From Barthelona sp. PCE (Eukaryota): a DNA stretch of 64,000 bases. Every line of letters starts with the position of its first letter. Positions within the stretch are counted from its first letter, which is position 1. Shown here piece after piece: positions 1-10,800 of the stretch. Both the position numbers and the translations under genes were made by a program. The stretch spans positions 62,001 to 126,000 of the forward strand of contig JAUFOR010000002.1 in NCBI GenBank assembly GCA_040285745.1. Direction: 5' to 3'. Under the pieces are notes generated by a model, which saw nothing but the letters and a program-made list of their open reading frames with translations, was not told the origin of the DNA and ran no database searches.

Positions 1-227
1 GCAGTACCCAATGTTTTCTTCTGGCTGGCAGAAAGATTCACATTTTCATAAGCTCCAGGTCCGGGAGCAATGGTATGGTCCTTTCCGAAACGTTCTTGTT
101 TTTCAATGTAATGTGTGCCCTTTTTATAATTTGAGTAAATATCGTCAACATTGCATGATTCATAGTCACCAGGCCCAAGATCTGTGAGTTCGGCCGGAGC
201 TGAGCTGAATAGCTTCTCACTTGCCAT
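1..227 (-). CDS. SHIPPO/sperm-tail PG-rich repeat protein (STPG/ODF3-like); 5' part only, runs off the window start
   Basis: Not in the ORF track. Manual translation from the ATG at 227 gives MASEKLFSSAPAELTDLGPGDYESC...KQERFGKDHTIAPGPGAYENV..., open to the window edge, with two PGPGxY-type repeats. Confidence 0.8.
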   Translation of the reverse strand, partial: MASEKLFSSAPAELTDLGPGDYESCNVDDIYSNYKKGTHYIEKQERFGKDHTIAPGPGAYENVNLSASQKKTLGT

Positions 228-505
228 TGTTGTGTAGTTGTAAAAGGGTTGAAAATTTAAACCACGAATATGACTTGTTTATTGCTTTAGATTTAGCAAA
301 GTGTTTAACATGCTCTTCTTTATATGTGTTAGGTGTAAAGAATTGTTTGACTGACCTTTTGAATTCCGAAAATGGATAAGACCTGAGTGTTTTTGATCAT
401 CTCTGAATGGCTTGGTGCATGTGCTAACCACATATTTTCATTCCGCATGTTTCTCACTGACAATAAAATTCGAATTAGACTCAAAAACAAGAAAAAATTC
501 TTTAC

Positions 506-1342
506 TTAAATCTGTTGATTATCTGAAACAACAAGCAATGGCTTTTCTGAATCTTCACGAGTAGTAGCAAGGGAACCCTTCATGATGACGTCATAGAAGA
601 GCAGTTGGAAGAAGATAATCATCTGGAAAACAAAACTGGACAAGAAGCTTACCCAAACACTGAACGGCTCACGGTTCATTACAGCGAGCCAGTACAACTG
701 GATACCAGCACCAGGTCCGGTCAGTGCGAAGAGGAAGATGCTGAGAGACTTACCTTCCTTCAATTTGAATACCAAAACGGTTTGAGTGACCCACTGGATG
801 AGGTTGAGGATCGACATCTCACCGTAGGTGTCAGCAACCCACTCAATAACACTGGTGCACGCACCCTTGCCGAAGATACCAGCGTAGAAGAGGACCCATA
901 AGATAGAGAGAGACATAAAAACAGTTAATGCAGTTACCATCATTTTTGAACGCTTGAAATCTGCATGGGACTCCTCTGTGTCCTTGCGTGGGTGGTATGC
1001 AATGTACATGTAACTGATAGGGAGGTATATGAGGAACATAATGAGTGCTTGCCAGAAAGTAGCTGTGGCATCATAAAACTGCCAAAAACTGTATTTGCTC
1101 ACATTAACAATGACAGGTAACTTCAAGATCAAGAGATCGAACATGACACAGAACTGGTTGAAAGAAGCAATGGCAAAACTAAAACAGCTTAATCCTGCAC
1201 TGCTTTTTGTTTTTCTTAATCTCAGCAATTGAGGCAAAACAGCAATGACGATGCCCAAAGTAAGAACTACACCGATAATTCTTGACAAAATGGTCTGATC
1301 ATCGAATACTCGTCGACATTCCCAAACTGATGAATGTACCAT
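506..1342 (-). CDS. PQ-loop repeat membrane transporter (about 7 TM)
   Basis: LPQLLRL...SAGLS first repeat; degenerate second repeat VTQ...EGKSLS; multiple hydrophobic helices; C-terminal dileucine-like SEKPLL. Confidence 0.8.
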   Translation of the reverse strand: MVHSSVWECRRVFDDQTILSRIIGVVLTLGIVIAVLPQLLRLRKTKSSAGLSCFSFAIASFNQFCVMFDLLILKLPVIVNVSKYSFWQFYDATATFWQALIMFLIYLPISYMYIAYHPRKDTEESHADFKRSKMMVTALTVFMSLSILWVLFYAGIFGKGACTSVIEWVADTYGEMSILNLIQWVTQTVLVFKLKEGKSLSIFLFALTGPGAGIQLYWLAVMNREPFSVWVSFLSSFVFQMIIFFQLLFYDVIMKGSLATTREDSEKPLLVVSDNQQI

Positions 1343-2174
1343 TATATTATAACAATTTTAGTAATGTGTAAAGTGTATTATGTTTGATACGGATAGGGTT
1401 ATACAATCTAATAACTCCAAATCTGAAAAAAGGAGTTGAAATGGAATGAATTAATGAAACCACAAATTTGACATGATTTTCTGAGTCAATCGGTGCTAAA
1501 TGCATCATATCCACCCAACTATGAGGCTTCTCTAAGATCAAGAATCCACGTATTTTATTCGGTAAGTTTACTACAAAGGTTCTTTGGATAATTTTGCGTT
1601 GCTATTGGCACCAATGGGCATTGCAGGGTGGTTTTTAAAAAGTTACAAATCCCAAAACTGTAAGGGTGATGTAAAAAATTGTTATAAAGCCGAAATGTTT
1701 ATTTTCCTCTAAAATAGAAATAAATCACACCAAAACTTCCATATAAAGCAAGATTACTTAAAAAAATTACCGATAAAATAAGAACATGCGATATCAAAGA
1801 TTTTCTTTTTTACATACAATACGTGGGTGTTAAATTCGTTTGTTGGAGCTGCATGTAGTTATACAGCACATGCCTATATGTAATATCAAACAAATCAGGT
1901 ACTGACCTTTTTGTCCATTTTTCATTAATACGCTCATTAATGGAGAATAATGTGTAATGGCAAAACTTCAATAGATGATGTATCTCTCCAGACACAATGG
2001 AGAAGATATCTAAACCCAATATTCTTATGCAGGCGCTGAAAATAGCTATTTCAAAAATTTGACATGTTTTTTCACTTTAAACAATATTAGCTGGTACATA
2101 TTGGCATATTTAAGCTGCTGAACACCAAGAAGTAACCACACACCTGCAATATTTTAAAAAACCTTTTTACTACA

Positions 2175-2663
2175 ATGGGATGTTCAGGAAGTCAAGTTGA
2201 AGAGCAAACAGCTCAACCCCAAGTGCAGGAACAACAACCTGCAGGTTATAACCCCAATTTAGATCAATTCGTTGAACAACGTGAAGTAACTGATGCACCT
2301 TTTGATATGGAGGAGCATCCTATGGATGACGAAGATCTTGCAACCGAGGAGGTTGTTGAAGAGCTTGTCGAAGAGCTTGAAGAAGCTGAAGAGGAAGTAG
2401 AAGAAATTGAAGATGCTATTGATGACATTCAGGAAGATATAGAAGATATTGATGATAACATTGAGGCTCTTGAGGAGCAACTCGAAGACGCTGATGAGGA
2501 AGAGGCTGAAGCAATTATTGAACAGATTGCTGATCTTGAGGAAGAGAAGGAAGAATTGGAAGATTGTGAAGAAGAGCTTGTTGAAGAACTTGAGGAGGCC
2601 GAAGAGGTTGTTGATGACATCATAGAGGATCTTGAGGATGTTGATGAGCCTGAAGAATTTTAA
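2175..2663 (+). CDS. Extremely acidic coiled-coil protein with a predicted N-myristoylation/palmitoylation motif
   Basis: Starts MGCSGS; E/D-rich heptads; AT-rich flanks and AATAAA right after the stop. Confidence 0.8.
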   Translation: MGCSGSQVEEQTAQPQVQEQQPAGYNPNLDQFVEQREVTDAPFDMEEHPMDDEDLATEEVVEELVEELEEAEEEVEEIEDAIDDIQEDIEDIDDNIEALEEQLEDADEEEAEAIIEQIADLEEEKEELEDCEEELVEELEEAEEVVDDIIEDLEDVDEPEEF

Positions 2664-3097
2664 AATAAATATGTAAAATAAGCAATTTCTATTGTGTCTT
2701 TATTTTTAATGCTATAAGATTGAAAACAACCAATCTTCATCGGTTCATACCATGTAAAAGTACTTAATGTCCTTTACCTATTGGGAAAAAGTTTAACAGG
2801 CACATTCCACAAACTGTCCTTCAATTTGCATTTCAACATTTATATTGTCTTAAAAGGAAGTAAAAAATCTCGGATAGACAATTTTTTATTCCAATTCAGA
2901 TGTTATGAACAAAGAATTTTTTCGTGTGTTTTTTAGTAGATTTGCATATTATAAACAATTTAATAAGATGACAAGTGCAGATTAATCACATATGTGGAGC
3001 TCGCTTGACTTTGTGATTCAATCTCAAAGCAGCTTCCCTAATCACTTTAAACAACCCTTTTCAAAAGCGTTTAAGGCGTTAGACCTCACGTTCTTGC

Positions 3098-4558
3098 ATG
3101 AGTCCACTATTAACAAGGCTAAACAGCTTTATACGGTTATTTAAGATAAGTAACAGTTCTAGTTTAAATTCAGACACCTTTAACTGCCTCCTATTACTTA
3201 AGAGATGGCTTGGGCAACGGGATAATCTCAACCAGGTTGCTCGCAAAATGTTGGCGCAAGGAAACTACGAGCGATTCAAAATACTTTTAACAATAGAAGA
3301 TCCAGAGACACATTTCAGTGCATCAGGGGATAGTACCGGATTAAGCCAATACTTAGAATGGATGTTTTTGTTGAGCAAACATGCTGAATTGGTGGAAACC
3401 ATTTTTGAATGCGCACAACCATCGTTAACGTTGTGTTTGGATCAGCTACACGAGCAGACACTAATGTTTGCGAATAAGGATAACATAAGCACTCATGACA
3501 TGACGAAATGTTCAATGTCAACAACACTCTTTGTTTTTCAGCTTTTATCACAGTTTTTCAAATATTTCCAACAATCACACCTTCAGGAACACTACAATCT
3601 TCACAAAATTGCACACATTCTGGAGATATCACTGGCAACAGGAACGTTTAGAAATGATTTGGACGTCTTCTCGACTCTGTGTCGATGCATAGGTTCATTT
3701 TTCAAGGTTGTTAACCCCAGAGACTTCCTAGAGTTCAAGCTTGAAGGCTCAGCAGGGCTATTGAGCGCTCCATTAAGTATCGTTATTGACATTTGCAACA
3801 CAAACCATGAGTATCTTTACAACGGTCTTTCTAAGTTCTCATGCACAATTCTTAGTTCACCAAGGCGGCAGCTGTTTGCAGGTGCCCTCATTCGACTCAT
3901 TACAGAGTCGTTAATTGTCTCTTTTGAGCAATGCACACACATGGAAAAAGTACGTCGTCCATCTTTTTACAGTTCATCATATTCAAATTCATCATCAAAC
4001 AACAGCAAGTACTCATCGTACAGGTCATCACACTCCAGTCACGGGTCTTCAACTGGATTGCGACATGTGAATATACAGTGGAACTATATCGTTCCGGCGC
4101 TTTTAAATATAATAGCAACTTGCCCCGAGCACGAGGTCCATCTGTACATGTCAATGGAGTTATTTGATTTACTCCATGACGTAGTACATATGTTACATCA
4201 ACAGAAAAACAAGCACACATACAAGATCAGCCTGACAACAAAGATTGTGAAATTTCTACTGACAGCATTGAAGATGAGCACACGATTTCTACAGGACTTG
4301 GTGGACTCCCCGCTGAGCCTGATGGTGCTCCGATTCATTTTGGACAGTAAGAATGAGGATCTGATTGTTGCAGCCATCCATTATCTTGGTCGTTTACTAC
4401 GTTTAAACGCAAGGATACCCCCAGAGATACTGAATTCCCGCCTCCTGAGTCGGATACAATTTTTGCAGAGCGATAGGTCGAAAGGGCTGTCGAAGCAAAT
4501 TAGGAAGCAGATTTCACTTAAATCTCTACGCGCCCTGGAGCAATTTCAAGGTAACTGA
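3098..4558 (+). CDS. Hypothetical alpha-helical (ARM/HEAT-like) protein
   Basis: 486-aa ORF, Leu-rich helical character with a Ser-rich insert; no family recognised; start uncertain. Confidence 0.65.
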   Translation: MSPLLTRLNSFIRLFKISNSSSLNSDTFNCLLLLKRWLGQRDNLNQVARKMLAQGNYERFKILLTIEDPETHFSASGDSTGLSQYLEWMFLLSKHAELVETIFECAQPSLTLCLDQLHEQTLMFANKDNISTHDMTKCSMSTTLFVFQLLSQFFKYFQQSHLQEHYNLHKIAHILEISLATGTFRNDLDVFSTLCRCIGSFFKVVNPRDFLEFKLEGSAGLLSAPLSIVIDICNTNHEYLYNGLSKFSCTILSSPRRQLFAGALIRLITESLIVSFEQCTHMEKVRRPSFYSSSYSNSSSNNSKYSSYRSSHSSHGSSTGLRHVNIQWNYIVPALLNIIATCPEHEVHLYMSMELFDLLHDVVHMLHQQKNKHTYKISLTTKIVKFLLTALKMSTRFLQDLVDSPLSLMVLRFILDSKNEDLIVAAIHYLGRLLRLNARIPPEILNSRLLSRIQFLQSDRSKGLSKQIRKQISLKSLRALEQFQGN

Positions 4559-4639
4559 TTATAAATAGCATATTGAATAAAGCAATCGAGTTTACTGTCC
4601 AAGTGTTTTATGGCTTGCGACTGAGTTTAATCGAATGTA

Positions 4640-6199
4640 TTAATGTTGACTGAGACTGGGAAGCAGCGCTTTTAATCTATTAAGACGCTTCCTGAGCACA
4701 GGGTTTGTTGAGAAGTAGTTAACGACATATTCTTCGTCCAGGTGCCTGAATAAAACAATTTGGTGTTCGATACTGAGCACCAACTCGAAGTTATCAATGA
4801 ATCGAACCTGGAATACCTGATTTGAGATCCTGAAACCAATGGCATCATCAGTTACGTGACAGGCTTTAAGCCACACGTTCTCGAAGTTGGGGTGCCTGGG
4901 GCGGACGCGACAGTTTTTCACCAGGCGACTGTGCCAATACTTCATCAGCTTGCACTTTTTCGACAGGTCATAGCTGGGATCGCCCTGCTTAAGAGTCATG
5001 CCCTCGAACTCGCTGAAGGAGATGGTGTCGACAGATGAACGTGTGCGGTAATAGAACTGAGTATCGTTGGGCATCATCATACCTCTCGTCATGTCGTTGA
5101 ATATGACAGAAACAGCGCCGTTCGACATAAGCGCGACATGTCCGTGCTTATGAGTGTCGTGTAACCATTGTACAACAAAAGGAAAGGGGAAATCGTCGTT
5201 GGGCAGGGGTGTCAAGCCATACGACCAGTTTAATTCATAGTGTTCCCGGAAAAACTCGTGTCGAAGAGCCCTGTACAGTGTGATTCGATCCTTGGGGTCG
5301 TGTCTAAGCATCAATCTGATGATGCTGCGGGCTGTGTTCGATACTCTTGAGTTTTGCGGAAAGCTAAACTGTCCTCGTTTGATTGATGCGTATATAGCCT
5401 TCGGTTCGTTATTGTCTGAGCTGAAGGGTGCCTTTCCAAAAAGACAAATATACATTGCAATTCCCACCGTCCATATATCGACTTCTTTACCGTAGCTGTC
5501 ACCTTTTAACAGCTCGGGTGCAAGATAATTCGGCGTTCCGCAAAGAGACCTTCTCTCTCTTTGGACGCTACCTGCCATGCCAAAGTCACCAATCTTGATA
5601 TCACCTTCAGCGAAAAAAATATTCCCTGGTTTGATATCTCTGTGAATAATATCACGCTCATGCAAATGGATGAGAGCTTTGATTACCGACGCGAAAACAC
5701 GGCTACAGTCAGCCTCGGAGATGATGTGCTGGCGTTTGATGACGTCTTGCAGTGAATAATCGCATCTTTCCATTACAACATAAGCACAGCTATCGTCCCT
5801 AAACCATGAGTGGAAATTCACTATGTTCGGGTGCGAAGGCGTGCGGTTGCGGCACAGACCCGAGTGGATGCTAATTTCTTTCTGCAGTTTGCGCTTGTGG
5901 CGATCCTCCAAACCTTGGAAACAGATTACCTTGCAGGCCAGGATTTTTTCTTCACGGATGCCGTTGTTTCTGATGGGTACAACCTCATATACACTTGCAA
6001 ATCCACCGCGACCAAGAAAACGACCACGCTCAAAAGTCATGCCAGTTTCTCGATCAATAATAAGTTCATCTGGTTGCACAAGCACGCGGTCTTTCCGTCT
6101 TCTAATAATATTTAAGCCAGAAGATGTCCTTTCATTTGTTACAGCGATTCTTCTATGAGCTGCTCCCAGAGCGTGCGAATCGAAGGCCGAACGTTGCAT
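4640..6199 (-). CDS. PLK: Polo-like kinase
   Basis: GRGGFA, HRDIKPGN, DFG and LCGTPNYLAPE kinase motifs; C-terminal polo boxes (VVQW...HG...SNGAVSVIFND; AIGFRISNQVFQVRF). Confidence 0.92.
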   Translation of the reverse strand: MQRSAFDSHALGAAHRRIAVTNERTSSGLNIIRRRKDRVLVQPDELIIDRETGMTFERGRFLGRGGFASVYEVVPIRNNGIREEKILACKVICFQGLEDRHKRKLQKEISIHSGLCRNRTPSHPNIVNFHSWFRDDSCAYVVMERCDYSLQDVIKRQHIISEADCSRVFASVIKALIHLHERDIIHRDIKPGNIFFAEGDIKIGDFGMAGSVQRERRSLCGTPNYLAPELLKGDSYGKEVDIWTVGIAMYICLFGKAPFSSDNNEPKAIYASIKRGQFSFPQNSRVSNTARSIIRLMLRHDPKDRITLYRALRHEFFREHYELNWSYGLTPLPNDDFPFPFVVQWLHDTHKHGHVALMSNGAVSVIFNDMTRGMMMPNDTQFYYRTRSSVDTISFSEFEGMTLKQGDPSYDLSKKCKLMKYWHSRLVKNCRVRPRHPNFENVWLKACHVTDDAIGFRISNQVFQVRFIDNFELVLSIEHQIVLFRHLDEEYVVNYFSTNPVLRKRLNRLKALLPSLSQH

Positions 6200-6708
6200 T
6201 GAACAGTGTCAGACCCGATAAACCACAGCAAAAGATGTAAGATAAGGGAAAAAGAACGTTAGAAACGTAAATGCACATTATTCAAGTTAGAATATTAGGT
6301 GTTTTGGGGTTTACCTCATTGTCCAGTTGTTAACATAGCTTCGGAGTCAGCGCGCCAGTAAAATATTGAATGAAATAATGTTCTATCGAATAGTATGCAT
6401 TTTTGAGTTATGGATCATAAACCGTGCGTTATTTGACTAGAGACTGCTTGTATTTTCGTTTTGGCCCACAATACTGTACTCAAGTTAGTGAAGAGTTAGC
6501 TAATGAGGATATATTTTGCCTAAAGTTTTTGCTTCGATGCATAGCTTTATCTGCCAGTAGCTATACTAATGGGTTCTGAGGTAGATAAATACTACGTTTC
6601 ACAATTTTCAAGTATCTGTAAGCACATTTGAAAACGAGTAAGAACTTGTTATAGTAATTTTCTTCCCATTCCATATGTGTCTTCAACAATATTGTATACG
6701 TGAATAAT

Positions 6709-7827
6709 ATGTGGCATACGGTCGAAATACCCGTTTTATTTTTGGGACAAGGACGATTTGTCAGAGATAAACCAATTAAAGCCACACAAGATGTTGAAAA
6801 GGGTTTTATGTGCATGTATTTCACTGCGACAAGTTGCTTTGTCAGGATTGATGCACCAACACACCTCGAGAAAAGATTAGGATGTCATACTCATGAGACA
6901 TTTGGATTTTTTCCCTTCGAATCAAATGTTTTTCAGTATTTTTTTGACTTTGAACCTGGGTTTGCAGCCGAGCACATGCGCTACTTACGTAAAAGCCCTA
7001 CAATTGAGAATTTCCCCAATGTAGCATATGAATGCACCTCATTCAATTGTAATGTACTTCAGCTAACATGCTTCTCGAAGGACAGCTACTTTGTCCTGCT
7101 CACTGTTGATATGTTTAACGTTTTCCAGGAGATTATTTCAGAAAAAACGCATTGGGAAATATTCCCGTTCACCATCGAAGAAGAAATGCCTACCCCGGTT
7201 CAGACCCCAATAAGCTCTCCTCGTGGCAAGGCGGTAAATTTATGGACATGTGTGAGGGCTAATATACCGGTTAGTCTCCAGCACCGCTCAGGATTTAAGA
7301 AGCTGTATGATTCATCCCAGGATGGTCAAACGATACCGAATCTCATTCCCATATTCAACAGGAGCTTGAATATTGTCATTATTGTGACTTTTCAACAAAA
7401 TGGCGTTGAGCAAAAACTGGGGTGTTACATTCCATCTTTTTCATTGAACACAACCGTTTTTAAACGTGATAACACGTATTTATTTAATCAAGAAAGCGCG
7501 TTTGTGTTCTCATTAGTTGATAGAGTTTTTAATTTTGAATTTTTTGCTGCACGTGAAGATCTAGAGCAGAATAATGAAGAAGGAAGACTTTATTCACATG
7601 TTATTAATTTCGCAGACACAGTTCAGAACAGATTTCTAAAGATAGGGCTGGATAGAAAGAACGAAAGTATTCTATCTTTCATGAATGATATTAGGCAGGT
7701 TCAATTCTCTTCATCAAAGTCGTACCCAGGATTTTTTGAAAAACACAACGGGTTTGAAGATGGAACATTTGAGGCCGATAGGGTAGAAGTCTACCGAGTA
7801 TTCCACCCTCATGGAAGTCAGAAGTAA
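6709..7827 (+). CDS. TLDc-domain protein
   Basis: C-terminal KLYDSSQDG, KLGCY, SAFVFSL and FEADRVEVY match TLDc motifs; first ATG at 6709 (the ORF track starts at a GTG). Confidence 0.7.
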   Translation: MWHTVEIPVLFLGQGRFVRDKPIKATQDVEKGFMCMYFTATSCFVRIDAPTHLEKRLGCHTHETFGFFPFESNVFQYFFDFEPGFAAEHMRYLRKSPTIENFPNVAYECTSFNCNVLQLTCFSKDSYFVLLTVDMFNVFQEIISEKTHWEIFPFTIEEEMPTPVQTPISSPRGKAVNLWTCVRANIPVSLQHRSGFKKLYDSSQDGQTIPNLIPIFNRSLNIVIIVTFQQNGVEQKLGCYIPSFSLNTTVFKRDNTYLFNQESAFVFSLVDRVFNFEFFAAREDLEQNNEEGRLYSHVINFADTVQNRFLKIGLDRKNESILSFMNDIRQVQFSSSKSYPGFFEKHNGFEDGTFEADRVEVYRVFHPHGSQK

Positions 7828-7850
7828 AGACTGTATTGTTGTTTACATTG

Positions 7851-10800
7851 TTAAGATGGGCCAGATGGACGCCATACACGCTTTGGTTTAGCATTGTTGT
7901 TGCGTTCTGGGCGTCTAGCCTGACTAGACTTGGTGGGTCTCAAGAATGAACTTTGTTTCTTCATCCTGGGCTTGTGCGGGATGGAAACATCAGCAGCATC
8001 GAACGAACTGCTGCTCGGTTGCTTCTTGATAGACCTTTTTGCAGGTGCGACGCGATTTGATGACTCAAAGCTGTCCCAGCGACCGAGAACCGGGCTCTGA
8101 ACAACCTCAAACATCTCCGACTGATCGTTTATGTTAATTGATGAAACCGATTTAACCGGAGCGCGACGAGAACGTAGAATAAGGAGAAGCGGTACGCCAA
8201 TGATCAATACACAACCAATGATGACAGCCGCAGATAAGGCAGCAACCTCACCAGCGGACCACCCGGCTTCAGTGGGTGGAGGTGGGGTTGCGTCCACGTA
8301 TGTTTTAAGAGTGAATGGAGTTTCGATACGTTGGTCGACCACAATCTCTTGTGAGTTCTCAGTGAGATCCATTGAGGCGCTGACGCTCTTGATGAATGTA
8401 CGGCGGCCTGCCTCGACCAAATTCTCTTCGTCCTCGTTTGTAACATCGTCGTCACGTTCGATGAAATCAAAGCCAATCTCTCTACGGATACGTGATCCCG
8501 GAGGCAGCGTTGACTGCAGAGTGATAGTTAATGCAAGGTCATCATTATCGTGTGAGACGGTAAAGTTAACACCCTCCAGTGTATCAAGGCGTAGAGATAC
8601 AGATGTGTCAAAGACAATTGTTGCGTTGACATTGTAAGCATAGTGGTCACCTACGTTGCGCAGAGAGAAGTCTAGTTTGATCGATCCCTTCTGTTTTTTC
8701 TTCAGTCGTTGATTGTTTTTCTCCACAAATACACCGTTCTTGTAAGTTCCAAGCACAGCGGAGTATGAAACGGACAACCAGGCGCCCTTAGCCTGTGTGC
8801 GGAGAACAGTGGCACCTCTATCGTCCTCAATGATCTCATCGTCTTCGAAATCAGTGTAGTGATGCCACTTCCTGTTGACGATTGTACGCCAGCCGTTAGG
8901 CAGCTGTTCAGCCTTCATCAGTACAGCGACAGACGCCTTGGTGAGCTCTCCGTAGTCGGTCCTGAAGGGGAAGGTTGGGAAAACAGATGACAGGTTAACA
9001 ATCAAGTACCTGTAAGTGTTGTTGGGATCGTCAAGCACCTCAATCGAGACGTTACGAGTGGGGGTGACAGTGAGATCGTCGAACCATTCAACCATTTCAT
9101 CGCGCTCGTTTTCTGATCCGATGACGGCTCTCAGACCGTCAATCTCATCGAGTGTGGCATGCTTTGCGCCAACAATGTCGGTGTCGACGTCTCCGATGCG
9201 CAGTTTAGCAAATATATCGGTGGAGCGAACAGGTACATAGTAACACTTGCCCTTGAGACGACCATCCTTGAAGGGGATATAAAGATGCACATCCGGAGAC
9301 TCCCAGTCGATGGCGGGGAGGCCTTCCTCGCGGCGGAAGTACTCATGGTTGAATGATGTCGGAAGCACCAGGGTGGATCCAAAGTACTTATCCGGCAAAT
9401 CGGAGGATACGGTGATGTTCCACTTGTATAAGGCCTTATACCCGCTCTTGATCGTGAATACATTGACGTACTCCATGAGGCGGAATACAGGCTTGTATGT
9501 GTCAGAGTGGGTGACATATGGTTTCACAGTAATGTATGGCTGCAGCTCTGCAGGGATCTCAATGTTAAAGAAATTATATGCCGTCGGCTTATACACGATC
9601 TTATACTGATAGTCCGCTGGGTTGTCGCTTCCAATTTCCTCGTCCATATCCATGGCGTTAGAGTTCATCACAACGTCGTAACCTTCGAGATTTTCAATTG
9701 TCAGTTTCATGATCGTCGTGCGGTCTTCAATGCCCTTATCTGGGTACAACCAGGCTACGTAATCATTCTCACCACCAACATAAACGTTAACAGATGCGCG
9801 AGCTTGACCTAATGAGCTTATGTATGTCTGGCTTGTAATCTGGAACTCACTGAAGAGATCCTCAAAGTGCAACAGGGCCATCATACGGGCGCCGAAGGTG
9901 GGTACCTTGCTTGGGAGGAGCTCAGCTGTGAGGGAGATATCGTTGCGGACGGCTGGAATTGTTGGCACAGATGGAGATTGCATCTCGGACCACGAATTCA
10001 GTGTGTTGACAACAATCCAGGCAGTGTTATAACCAAAACCAATGGGAGTTGCTAGAGAGCGGAAAAAAATATTTTGGTAAGTCTTCATGGTATATGCAAT
10101 ATGCAACGATTCAAGACCACCACTTCTCTGATGGACACCAAAGTAAAGGTAGTCTGTCTCGTCTGTCTCCAGGAAGTTGTTGTAAGTAGAGATGTTGCTG
10201 GGGCCATACTGCCTGTCCAAAGTGCAGTCAAAGTCGTCAATACGATCATCATACTCTTGCATGAAGGGGTCGAGCGGCACAATGTAGTTGGTACGTGCGT
10301 GTGATCTGTAGTAGATCTTGTCCTTATTCTTCGGTGGGATTAAAATCTTGTTATTGAAAAGGCAAGTGTATATGTTCTTGTATGAACGTTCAGCGTTGGC
10401 AGCAGATGTGACGTTATGCATATACTTCCACCTGTTCACATCATAAAGCACAGCCTTTCCTCTGGAAACTCTGTTTGACTTTTGTTGACCAACGAGAATT
10501 GTATCGTCTCGATCTTGGAGATTGTCACTATACCAACCGCGTTTGTTGGATCCGTCAAACTTCTTCAGATCGCTGTATTCAAAGTCACCACCCTTTGGCG
10601 CCGTTGCCTTAGAGTAAACGGGATAGTAACCAACACCCTTGCGCATACCCAGCAAAAAGATAGATGTAGGCTTATCGTGGGGTGATACGGCATGTGACGG
10701 GATCGGGTTACTGACATCGAAGGGGTAGCCCTTGAGCAGGTTCGAATCATGGTAGTCAGGGTCAGCGATCAAATCGAACATCTTGTTTTCAAGATCGTCG

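Noticed and set aside
38-220. 60-aa ORF from the track
   Set aside because: Wrong frame; the real gene is the PGPGxY-repeat frame starting at 227.
1525-1545. CTAAGATCAAG resembling U2 snRNA
   Set aside because: Not followed by the invariant TGTAGTA branch-pairing sequence.
2992-3144. Short upstream ORF overlapping the start of the 3098 gene in another frame
   Set aside because: No splice signals or slippery site to join them; could be chance or an indel error and cannot be resolved here.
6200-6320. ATGAG|GTAAAC and two CTAAC motifs upstream of PLK on the - strand
   Set aside because: No AG acceptor before the PLK ATG, and the next AGs give out-of-frame products.
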